A DNA stretch of 32,000 bases from Ignicoccus hospitalis KIN4/I. Its GTDB lineage: Archaea > Thermoproteota > Thermoprotei_A > Sulfolobales > Ignicoccaceae. The stretch is from the NCBI RefSeq assembly GCF_000017945.1, contig NC_009776.1, forward strand, positions 930,001 through 962,000. The letters run 5' to 3'. Under the pieces are notes generated by a model, which did not search any database, was not told where the DNA came from, and saw only the letters and a list, made by a program, of their open reading frames with translations. Within the stretch, counting starts at the first letter, position 1. The number at the start of each line of letters is the position of its first letter. The translations under genes and the position numbers were made by a program. Positions 23,728 to 31,772 of the stretch are shown piece by piece.

Positions 23728-24068
23728 CCTTTTGAATCCGGGCAATAGGTCGCGAACGCGCAATTCTCACACCTCGCGGGGAAGTACTTCTTACACGCGG
23801 CCCTCTTTGAGGCCAAGCGCGCGGCTTGATAGTCCCCCTTATACTTAAGCAGCTCCTCAACTACCCCCGCCAAGTCACACTCCACCTTAACGAACGCTAT
23901 ATCTTCCGGCCTGAACAAGGCTACGGCTACCGGCAGGCCGAAGAGCTCGTGCACCCCTTGGGCGTAGAAGGCCAGCCTGGCGGCGGAACTGCACAAGGAA
24001 GCCCTCAAGTCCCCGCTCCTCTGTACTTCAACAATCAACGAGGTTAAGGGCTCCTTGAGCAAGGCCAC
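23724..24068 (-). CDS. cas4: Cas4-like protein, C-terminal part only (likely truncated or inactive)
   Basis: C-terminal Cys cluster CKKYFPARCENCAFATYC (C-x2-C-x5-C plus one extra Cys). The RecB motif region reads LIVEVQRSG, i.e. E-x-Q where E-x-K is expected. Only 114 aa, against about 170-200 aa. The motif-II-like PDYV lies upstream of the GTG start. Confidence 0.6.
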   Translation of the reverse strand: MALLKEPLTSLIVEVQRSGDLRASLCSSAARLAFYAQGVHELFGLPVAVALFRPEDIAFVKVECDLAGVVEELLKYKGDYQAARLASKRAACKKYFPARCENCAFATYCPDSKG

Positions 24069-24390
24069 GTAGTCCGGCCTCCGCGCGCGCCGCTAGCTCC
24101 TCTAACCTCCTCTCCTCTATCCCAGACTCCTTGGCGACGTTCCGGAGGTACTCCCCGCTCACGCCCAGCTTTTCGTAATCGTGTACCGCTCCGGCCCAGA
24201 AGCACTCCTCCCAACTCCCCTCCGGCAAGTAACCTTTCTCTTCTAAGAGTGCGCAGAGCTTAGCGGCCGTAGCGGCGACGGAAGCGAAGTGGTGAAACGC
24301 GGTGACGAAGACGTCGCCGCGCTTCACCAGCTTGAGCGCTTCGTCCCCTAAGAGGTCTCTGACCCTCGCTACCATCTCCTCCAGCGGCAT
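24028..24390 (-). CDS. HD-domain protein resembling only the N-terminal half of the Cas3'' nuclease
   Basis: H motif TAFHHFASVA and HD motif GAVHDYEKLG are spaced as in Cas3 HD domains. The later His/Asp motifs are absent and the tail runs into the cas4 fragment. The ATG at 24390 is preferred; the track TTG is at 24435. Confidence 0.5.
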   Translation of the reverse strand: MPLEEMVARVRDLLGDEALKLVKRGDVFVTAFHHFASVAATAAKLCALLEEKGYLPEGSWEECFWAGAVHDYEKLGVSGEYLRNVAKESGIEERRLEELAARAEAGLRGLAQGALNLVDC

Positions 24391-24486
24391 CCTTCTCCGA
24401 GATAAACTTCGAAACTTCTCAGTAAATATGTTCAAATCGGACTGCTGGGGTCAACCCCCTCGTGGACTGGGAGGTGTAGAGTCAAC

Positions 24487-25419
24487 TTGATTCTCGTCGT
24501 GAGGGGTCACGCGTTCGTCGGTAGGAAAGGTTACATGATAACGGTCAGGTATAAAAAAGACGGAAAGGAAGTAACCGAGGCGTTCCCAGCATTAGACATA
24601 GAAATGGCTGTGTTCGTCGGAAAGGGGATTACGGTGAGCACGGCTGCCCTGCAACTCTTGGAGGAGCAGAACGTGCCCACCTTGTTCCACGGGGTCGACT
24701 GGTCCTTTGTAACGATCAACCCAGTCAAGGTGGGCTGGTCGCGGGCGAGGAAGAACCAATATTCCATGGGGGAGACCGAGCTGGGAGTGAAGGTGGCCAA
24801 AGAGTTTATATTTGGAAAGTTGGAGGGGATGAGCAACGTTGCTAAGAACTTGAGCTACAAGGGGAAGAAACCCACGCCCAACTCGGACTACTGGAGGAGC
24901 GAGGGGAGGGGAGAGCTGGCCTCTTGCAAGAACTTGGACTGCGTCAAGAAGTTGGAGGCGGAGTGGAGCTCCAAGCTCTGGAAGGATATAGTTCAGTTCG
25001 TCCCCGGGATGAGGTCCAGAGTTCCTAGGGGAAACGACCCGCCCAATAGAACCCTAGACTACTTGTATGCCCTATTGTACTCTGTCTGCAACCACGCTCT
25101 GGTCGGGGCCGGTCTAGACCCTTACGCCGGTTTAATACACAGGGAAAGGGCAGGGAAGTTGAGCTTTGTTTACGATTTTAGTGAAATGTTCAAGCCTATG
25201 GCAATTTATGTCATGGCAACCGCGATAAGGACGTATAAAATAGAGCTTGAGGGAGACTTCTTAAACAAGGAAAGCTTACAAAAGGTTACTCAACTGTTCT
25301 ACTCTATTTTCGAGAGTAAGAAGTACTCCGTCAGAAAGTGGGTCTACGCGAAGGCGTGGCAGCTCAGAGATGCAATCGAATCTGGGAAAGAGTTCAAGGC
25401 TTTCGTCTTCCGACCCTAA
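24487..25419 (+). CDS. cas1: Cas1 integrase
   Basis: The Cas1 core is EAEWSSKLW....NRTLDYLYALLYSVCNHALVGAGLDPYAGLIHRERAGKLSFVYDFSEMFKP, with catalytic-type E, H and D/E present. The N-terminal beta domain is present. TTG start, 310 aa. Confidence 0.9.
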   Translation: MILVVRGHAFVGRKGYMITVRYKKDGKEVTEAFPALDIEMAVFVGKGITVSTAALQLLEEQNVPTLFHGVDWSFVTINPVKVGWSRARKNQYSMGETELGVKVAKEFIFGKLEGMSNVAKNLSYKGKKPTPNSDYWRSEGRGELASCKNLDCVKKLEAEWSSKLWKDIVQFVPGMRSRVPRGNDPPNRTLDYLYALLYSVCNHALVGAGLDPYAGLIHRERAGKLSFVYDFSEMFKPMAIYVMATAIRTYKIELEGDFLNKESLQKVTQLFYSIFESKKYSVRKWVYAKAWQLRDAIESGKEFKAFVFRP

Positions 25420-25648
25420 GGTTCGTTTAAGAAACTTTTAGGGCTCTCATCGACCCCGGCGTAGTTACTTTTTAACACTATGTTTTTCTATTCGATTTCA
25501 TATATCTGGTCCGAATTCGAATCTTCGAGGGTCCCCTCTTCAAATTACATGCGTGGGAGATCCTCGACCATCAACCGCTCGGTAGACGGCGTCCCGAAGC
25601 AGTAAACTAAATAAACTCTAACTTTAGGGTGACCATGGAAGGCCAGAG
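25420..25648 (+). promoter_or_regulatory. putative leader of CRISPR array 2
   Basis: 229-nt ORF-free, AT-richer segment between the cas1 stop and the first repeat. The array's degenerate repeats are at the opposite end. Confidence 0.5.
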
Positions 25649-27104
25649 GATTAAACGAAAGAGAACTGCAAGCTTGTACTGTGCTAGCTGGGCCGGAGAG
25701 CTCAGTTGCTCGATTAAACGAAAGAGAACTGCAAGACTTGGTTGACGACCTCGTCGAGCTTGTCGTACGCTTGGATTAAACGAAAGAGAACTGCAAGATG
25801 TCGTCACAGTGAAATACATACACCTTCTGCAAATCTGATTAAACGAAAGAGAACTGCAAGATGTCGTCACAGTGAAATACATACACCTTCTGCAAATCTG
25901 ATTAAACGAAAGAGAACTGCAAGATGTCGTCACAGTGAAATACATACACCTTCTGCAAATCTGATTAAACGAAAGAGAACTGCAAGGTTCTTTATCATTC
26001 CATTCCTGCCATACTCTGAGAAACAGATTAAACGAAAGAGAACTGCAAGCCGGTGCACCACACGTTTTCGCCTTCGACCTCGTCCCCGATTAAACGAAAG
26101 AGAACTGCAAGCTGGCGTGATGACGGTCGTACGATGACTATCCTAGAAGATTAAACGAAAGAGAACTGCAAGAGAGCACTATCGAACAGATAGACCTCAA
26201 CGTTTTCAGGATTAAACAAAAGAGAACTGCAAGTGCTAATCTGTTCCAAGGGAACGTCGACGCCATGGCGAAGATTAAACGAAAGAGAACTGCAAGTGGG
26301 TTCTTTCTGCCACCACCGCACACACCTCATGAGCGATTAAACGAAAGAGAACTGCAAGCTAGTGTACGCTTCACCGTGTGAAGACATAATGAGCAGGATT
26401 AAACGAAAGAGAACTGCAAGCTTTGCATTTCCTTCGGCAATGTAGCTCGCTATCGCGATTAAACGAAAGAGAACTGCAAGCGAGGGAATGAGCGGAGGGA
26501 AGCGGGATGAGGAGCGAGGATTAAACGAAAGAGAACTGCAAGATTAGAAGCACCACATGAACGAATCGGTGTGCATCAGGGATTAAACGAAAGAGAACTG
26601 CAAGTATGAATAACGGGTCCTCGATTACTTCTGGGTTGTCTGATTAAACGAAAGAGAACTGCAAGCAATGGCTTACCCAACACGGCCTGAGCGAAGAGGT
26701 CCTTGATTAAACGAAAGAGAACTGCAAGTTTGTCGAGCTCTTGCCAGGATAGACTAGGACAACCGGATTAAACGAAAGAGAACTGCAAGGGGTCTGCTGG
26801 CAGATCGGCGATGTCATCGCAATGGTAGATTAAACGAAAGAGAACTGCAAGTGAATGGCGGGTGCGGGAGATGGTTGAGGAGAAGATGGTAGTGATTAAA
26901 CGAAAGAGAACTGCAGGTAAGTAATATTCTATTAGCATCTTCTTCAAGTTTTCAGATTAAACGAAAGAGAACTGCAAGTATAAGGGCTATGGCATGATGG
27001 TAATGATGATAATGAGATTAAACGAAAAAGAACTGCAAGTCCATATCTACGCCCTTGTCATACATTTCCAAGGCCTTGAAGATTAAACGATAGAAAAGCG
27101 TAAG
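25649..27104 (+). CRISPR. CRISPR array 2: 24 repeats of 24 nt (GATTAAACGAAAGAGAACTGCAAG), 23 spacers of 36-42 nt
   Basis: Repeats were enumerated by hand. The first is 25649-25672 and the last, which is degenerate (gattaaacgatagaaaagcgtaag), is 27081-27104. Single-base variants start at 26210, 26894 and 27016. Spacers 3-5 are identical. Confidence 0.97.
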
Positions 27105-27274
27105 GCGGCTAACCCTACTAAAGCAGATTTTAAGACGACGTCACCGATCGTCTAAAAGTAAGTTAAGGGCGAACCGACCTATCGTTTTCCACGCTGTAAC
27201 GCCCGTTTGTGGTTCGTACGCTCAGTTAGGTCTTTGGAACGACCTCAGAGCTCTAAAATAGTCGCGCTCACTGG

Positions 27275-28855
27275 TTACTTAGATGCTATCTCCTTCACCA
27301 TTTCCTCGAGCTCGTTCAATTCGGCCTTTATTTGTTCAATTTTCCTCAAGAGTTCGTTAAGGTTCGGTTCCTCCTTCTTGCTGACCCTTCCTTTGAGCAA
27401 GCTCGCCAGAACCTCCTCAGCGTTAAGTTTTCCTTTAACGCTAACGCTTACCGCGTTCCCGCTGTCCGCGTCGACGAACTCAACGCTTACCAATCCCCTG
27501 GAGTCAGAGGTAGTTACCGAGAGCTTCCAATAGAAGGTCGAGTTAATTGTTGTGGGGAGGGGCTCTTGGACTTTGAGCGAGTCCCAAGCCCAGTTGGGAT
27601 GAGCCTTCATTACGTAGCTATAGGCCTTCGAAACCCCTATTTTAGGTTTGTCGAATTTGTAGACGTAGATTGTCGGTTCGGTGGAGGACGCGTTCACCAG
27701 TAGGATCATGTAAGCGGAGTAAGTGTTCCCAGGGGGTTCGGCGACGAAGACCCACCAAGGGCGACCCTCCTCGTCCAACAGGAGGTACGGTTGCGGGTTA
27801 TCTCCGACGTCCCTTATGGTAAACGTATTGTGAAAGAAGACTGCTTGGACCCAGTCCTTCACCCTCAAGGCGTCTACCCACCGCCTAGCTACCCTCTCCG
27901 GCAATGCGGGCACTCCGTAGCGGACCGCCTCCTCTGGCCTCACTTTCAGGATGGTCCCGTTAGGGTAGACGACCAAGTAAGAGTCGATGTAAGGCAAGGA
28001 TCCCGGGAACACGGGTTTGTAATCCACTACTGGCAACAGCTGAACCACTTGTCCGTTCAGATACACGTCGGCGACGTCCTCCCATACCACCTCTTTGCCG
28101 AAGGCCCCACTGAAAAGGCTCTCCAAAGCCAACGAATCTAAGAAGAGAGGGGTCAGTTTGTAGTTGTGCAGTCCCCAAGTCAAGTCTTGCCTCACTATCT
28201 TGACCTCCGGGGGGTAGGCGTCTGCGTAAACGAACACGGCCCCGCGGGGGTCCCTGAAGAGCGAGTTGAGAACGCCTTCGGGCTCTATGAGCCAATTATA
28301 AATAGGTCTGGTCCCGTTGTAGTAGACGTAGGTCTCTTGATAGTAGATCGTGTGCGTGGGTAACTGAATCCTGTCTATCGCGTACTTGTAGGCCGTTGGA
28401 AGGGGTATCAACCTGTAGACCCCCACTAAGTTCGGCAGCTCCTTCAGCTCGACGACCTTAAGGGAGTTCCCCACTTGGGAAATCGCCGTTACGTTTACCA
28501 ACCAAGCCAGGGGCCCAATTACTACCACTAAGTAAGCTATTAGGTAACTCAACTTAACCTCGTTCCCGGCCCTAACTCCCCTCGCTAGGTAGAACGCTAG
28601 CGGAAAAGCGAGCGCGGCGAGAAGGGCCCACAGGCCCGGCGCGGCCTTCGCAGATAGGAGGGCCGCGCTGACGAAGGGGACGAACCAGCCCGTGAGGTAG
28701 CCTAGGGCTAATAGGAACGGAAGCAAGGAGAGCGCTAACTTACCGATCAAAGAACGTCTCCGAGAGACGAGCCTTCCCGAGACGTTAAATGAGTTTAAAC
28801 GCTTTCCGCCTCCCCAAAGCTCGTTAATCATTCTGATGGTTCCAACGAGGACCAA
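27275..28855 (-). CDS. large membrane protein of unknown function
   Basis: Three or four N-terminal TM helices (LALSLLPFLLALGYLTGWFVPFVSAALL, LWALLAALAFPLAFYLA, LIAYLVVVIGPLAWLV). Then a ~350-aa Y/W/P-rich domain and a C-terminal coiled coil (NLNELLRKIEQIKAELNELEEMVKEI). The ATG at 28831 is an alternative start. Confidence 0.6.
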   Translation of the reverse strand: MVLVGTIRMINELWGGGKRLNSFNVSGRLVSRRRSLIGKLALSLLPFLLALGYLTGWFVPFVSAALLSAKAAPGLWALLAALAFPLAFYLARGVRAGNEVKLSYLIAYLVVVIGPLAWLVNVTAISQVGNSLKVVELKELPNLVGVYRLIPLPTAYKYAIDRIQLPTHTIYYQETYVYYNGTRPIYNWLIEPEGVLNSLFRDPRGAVFVYADAYPPEVKIVRQDLTWGLHNYKLTPLFLDSLALESLFSGAFGKEVVWEDVADVYLNGQVVQLLPVVDYKPVFPGSLPYIDSYLVVYPNGTILKVRPEEAVRYGVPALPERVARRWVDALRVKDWVQAVFFHNTFTIRDVGDNPQPYLLLDEEGRPWWVFVAEPPGNTYSAYMILLVNASSTEPTIYVYKFDKPKIGVSKAYSYVMKAHPNWAWDSLKVQEPLPTTINSTFYWKLSVTTSDSRGLVSVEFVDADSGNAVSVSVKGKLNAEEVLASLLKGRVSKKEEPNLNELLRKIEQIKAELNELEEMVKEIASK

Positions 28856-28906
28856 CGGTACACGAAACCGCTTTGTGCGAATGAATTCATTAAACTGAGT
28901 GAAAAA

Positions 28907-29155
28907 TCACTCCTCCTTTATCACGTGGATGGCCAAGTCCGGGCACGTGTAGTCGCACAAGTGGCAGCCGGTGCACTTCGTCGGGTCTACCACCTCCACC
29001 ACCGGGTACCCTTGGTAGCCGAAGCGGTCGCTCATCCTGAGCACGGGCTTGTCCACCTTCCCAGCGTTGTACAAGTTGGTTATCGGGCACACCTTAACGC
29101 AGAGCTCGCAGCCCTTGCAGAATTCCTCAATTACCTCAATCCTCCACTTGGCCAT
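28907..29155 (-). CDS. 2-oxoacid:ferredoxin oxidoreductase delta subunit (2x[4Fe-4S] ferredoxin-like)
   Basis: Two cluster motifs, CKGCELCVKVCP and CTGCHLCDYTCP. The ATG at 29155 overlaps the gamma stop (TGATG). Confidence 0.85.
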   Translation of the reverse strand: MAKWRIEVIEEFCKGCELCVKVCPITNLYNAGKVDKPVLRMSDRFGYQGYPVVEVVDPTKCTGCHLCDYTCPDLAIHVIKEE

Positions 29156-29682
29156 CACGCCTCACCCCCTATCCGGAGCCCCTCTCTGAACGCCTTCACG
29201 TTCAACTCGGCCTTGTTCCCGAACCTCTCCCTTATTATTTCCTCGACCACATTCGGGTCGGCCAAAGAAAGCCTCGCCACCAGCGCGCCCAACATGACCA
29301 TGTTAGCGGCCCTCACGTTGCCCAGCTTCCTGGCTATGGAGGACGCCGGAACTTCTATTACCTTGAAGTTGCCCTCCGGCCTCTCCTTTATTACGTCCGA
29401 GTTTATGACCACCACTCCTCCCTCCTTCACCTTCTTTATGTACTTGGGGTACGTCTTAGGGGCCATGAAGACGGTTATGTCTGCGTACTCGAAGACCGGG
29501 TACTCCACGGGCTTGTCGCTGACCCTCATGTCGGCCGTACTCTCCCCCCCGGATATGAAGGTGTCGAAGTTCTGCACCAAGGTGGCGTACTTGCCTTCCC
29601 TCACCAGCGCGGTTCCCAGTATCTTCCCCATGGTCAGTATCCCTTGGCCGCCTATCCCGGTTATCCTCACGTCTTGGATCAC
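29155..29682 (-). CDS. 2-oxoacid:ferredoxin oxidoreductase gamma subunit
   Basis: The N terminus RITGIGGQGILTMGKILG is the typical gamma-subunit motif. The GTG start overlaps the beta stop as GTGA. Confidence 0.9.
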   Translation of the reverse strand: MIQDVRITGIGGQGILTMGKILGTALVREGKYATLVQNFDTFISGGESTADMRVSDKPVEYPVFEYADITVFMAPKTYPKYIKKVKEGGVVVINSDVIKERPEGNFKVIEVPASSIARKLGNVRAANMVMLGALVARLSLADPNVVEEIIRERFGNKAELNVKAFREGLRIGGEA

Positions 29683-30545
29683 TTTCTCACCCCCAACATC
29701 TGGTACAAGGTCTCCACGTACTCGGGCGCCTCCCTCTCCACGAACTTGCCCACTAAAATGGGCTTGCCGAACTCTATGCTGGCCTCCTCCAAGGTTTGCG
29801 GGTCGTTGGGCTTCTTGACGGGCTTACTCATCTTCATGAAGTACTCGACCATGCTGTACGGGTCCCTGAACTTGTTGTACCTCCCGTAGAGCACCGGGCA
29901 CTGGGAGACCACCTCCAAGAAGTTGAAGCCCTTCCTAAGCGCCATCTCTTTGAACGCGTTCTTCAGTTGGAACGGGTGGGCTGTGGTCCAGCGCGCTACC
30001 CAAGTGGCCCCGGCGGAGGCCACCAGCTTTGGCACGTTGAAGGGCCTCTCCAGCCACCCCTTGGGGGAGTACTTAGTCACCGAGCCCGGCGGGGTGGTCA
30101 CGGTGGGCACGCCTCCGGTCATCGCTATGTTGAAGTTGTTCACCATGACGACGTTTATGTCTATGTTCCTCCTGGCCGCTTGAAGGGTGTGGTTCAAGCC
30201 TATCTGGAACAAGTCGGCATCGCCGCCGAACACCCAGACGTTCAGCTCCGGCTTGGCCAGCTTTATCCCGGTGGCGAAGGCCACTGGCCTCCCGTGGGTG
30301 GTGTGCATGGAGTCGACTTTGATGAACCCGCTTATCCTCCCGGAGCAGCCTATGCCGCTGACCACCACCAGCTTGTCGGGGTCGAGCTTGCCCTCTTGCA
30401 CGAGCTCGTCCATGGCCCTCAAGAACGTGTTCAGTATCGTCCCTATCCCGCAGCCGGGGCAGAGGCTGTGGGGGAGGGCCTCCGCCCTGGCCAAGGCCAT
30501 CTGGGGCATTCGCCTAAGCTTCCTCCTCGCCTCCTCCAAGCTCAT
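29679..30545 (-). CDS. 2-oxoacid:ferredoxin oxidoreductase beta subunit (TPP-binding)
   Basis: CPGCGIGTIL, VSGIGCSGR and GGDADLFQIGLNH (TPP motif GDG-like). Start trimmed to the ATG at 30545, which overlaps the alpha stop as ATGA. The track N-terminal 65 aa are Gly/Arg-rich and overlap the alpha gene. Confidence 0.9.
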   Translation of the reverse strand: MSLEEARRKLRRMPQMALARAEALPHSLCPGCGIGTILNTFLRAMDELVQEGKLDPDKLVVVSGIGCSGRISGFIKVDSMHTTHGRPVAFATGIKLAKPELNVWVFGGDADLFQIGLNHTLQAARRNIDINVVMVNNFNIAMTGGVPTVTTPPGSVTKYSPKGWLERPFNVPKLVASAGATWVARWTTAHPFQLKNAFKEMALRKGFNFLEVVSQCPVLYGRYNKFRDPYSMVEYFMKMSKPVKKPNDPQTLEEASIEFGKPILVGKFVEREAPEYVETLYQMLGVRK

Positions 30546-31732
30546 ATCCTGACACCCCCCTCCTCCAAGATCTGTTCGGGCGGGATGGGGATCTCGCCTA
30601 TCCTGTACACGAACGAAACCTTCTCCTCGGGGACGACCTTTAAGACGTTGTGGAGCATCTGGCCGTAGTTCCACTCCACCACTATCACCTTCTCCGCCTT
30701 GGCCGCGACCTCCTTGAGCTCCTTGTCGGGGAAGGGCCACAAGGTCTTCGGCCTGAAGAGCGCTGCCTTCACGTCCTTCTTCCTCAACATGTTGACCGCC
30801 TCCTTAGCTGACCTCGCCGGGAAGCCGTAGGCGAAGAGCAGCACTTGCGGCTCCGGGTCCCCGTAGAGCTCGTACTCCACTATCTTGTCCCTGTTCTTCC
30901 TTATCTTGTCGCACAACCTCTTGACGAGCTTGTGGTGCGCCCAGGGGTCCTCGCTCACCGGTATGCCCCTCTCGTCGTGGGTGACCCCGGTGACGTGTAC
31001 CCTGTAGCCCTCCCCGAACTCCGGCATCGGGGGGACCAAGTCCTCCTCGGGCTCGAAGGGCTTGAACTGCTCCGGGGGCACCTTCGGCCTCTTGCGGTTC
31101 ACCACCTCCACCTTCTCCGGTATCACTACCTCCTCCATCAAGAGGACGGTCATCTTGTCAGCCATGACCAGCGCCGGAACCCTCCACCTCTCGGCGGCGT
31201 TGAAGGCCTTGACCGTCATGTCGAACATCTCTTGGACGCTGTAGGGGGAATACACCACGGTCTCGTAGTCGCCGTGGCCGCCCCACTTGGCTTGCATGAC
31301 GTCTTGCTGAGCGGCCTTGGTCGCTTGGCCGGTGGAGGGGCCCTCCCTCATTCCGTTTATCAAGACGACCGGGGTCTCCGTCATTGCCGCGTAGGAGATG
31401 TGCTCTTGCATCAGCGAGAAGCCCGGGCCGGAGGTGGAGGTGAAGGCCTTCGCCCCGGCCCAAGAGGCCCCTATCGCCGCCCCGAGGGCGGAGATCTCGT
31501 CCTCAGCCTCGAAGATCACCATCCCCTGCTTCGGCCCGTTCTTTACCATTTCCTCGGCTATGTCCGTGGCCGGCTCTATCGGGTAGTAGGCGAAGAAGTT
31601 GGCCCCGGCGGCGAGGGCCCCCATTGAGGCTGCCCACGCGCCGCTCTCGAAGTACTTGCCGGGCCTAACTGCCAACCCCTGCGACCCGGCGCAAGCTTGA
31701 CTATACGGCATATATCTGCCTATGCTCCACAC
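30542..31732 (-). CDS. 2-oxoacid:ferredoxin oxidoreductase alpha subunit
   Basis: GAWAASMGALAAGANFFAYYPIEPATDI, GAAIGASWAGAKAFTSTSGPGFSLM and the overall POR/KOR alpha layout. The alternative ATG is at 31711. Confidence 0.9.
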   Translation of the reverse strand: MWSIGRYMPYSQACAGSQGLAVRPGKYFESGAWAASMGALAAGANFFAYYPIEPATDIAEEMVKNGPKQGMVIFEAEDEISALGAAIGASWAGAKAFTSTSGPGFSLMQEHISYAAMTETPVVLINGMREGPSTGQATKAAQQDVMQAKWGGHGDYETVVYSPYSVQEMFDMTVKAFNAAERWRVPALVMADKMTVLLMEEVVIPEKVEVVNRKRPKVPPEQFKPFEPEEDLVPPMPEFGEGYRVHVTGVTHDERGIPVSEDPWAHHKLVKRLCDKIRKNRDKIVEYELYGDPEPQVLLFAYGFPARSAKEAVNMLRKKDVKAALFRPKTLWPFPDKELKEVAAKAEKVIVVEWNYGQMLHNVLKVVPEEKVSFVYRIGEIPIPPEQILEEGGVRI

Positions 31733-31772
31733 ATTAAGCTCCGCCCTCCCCCGAGTTCGACGGGCGCCCGAG

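Noticed and set aside
25607-26323. Track ORFs 25607-25945 (-), 25742-26137 (+) and 26138-26323 (-), with internally repeated peptides
   Set aside because: They lie entirely inside CRISPR array 2. The repeated peptide (e.g. LIKRKRTARCRHSEIHTPSAN x3) is just the translated repeat-spacer unit.
26979-27015. atgatggtaatgatgataatga in array 2 as possible C-box motifs or a microsatellite
   Set aside because: It is simply the content of spacer 22, bounded by intact repeats.
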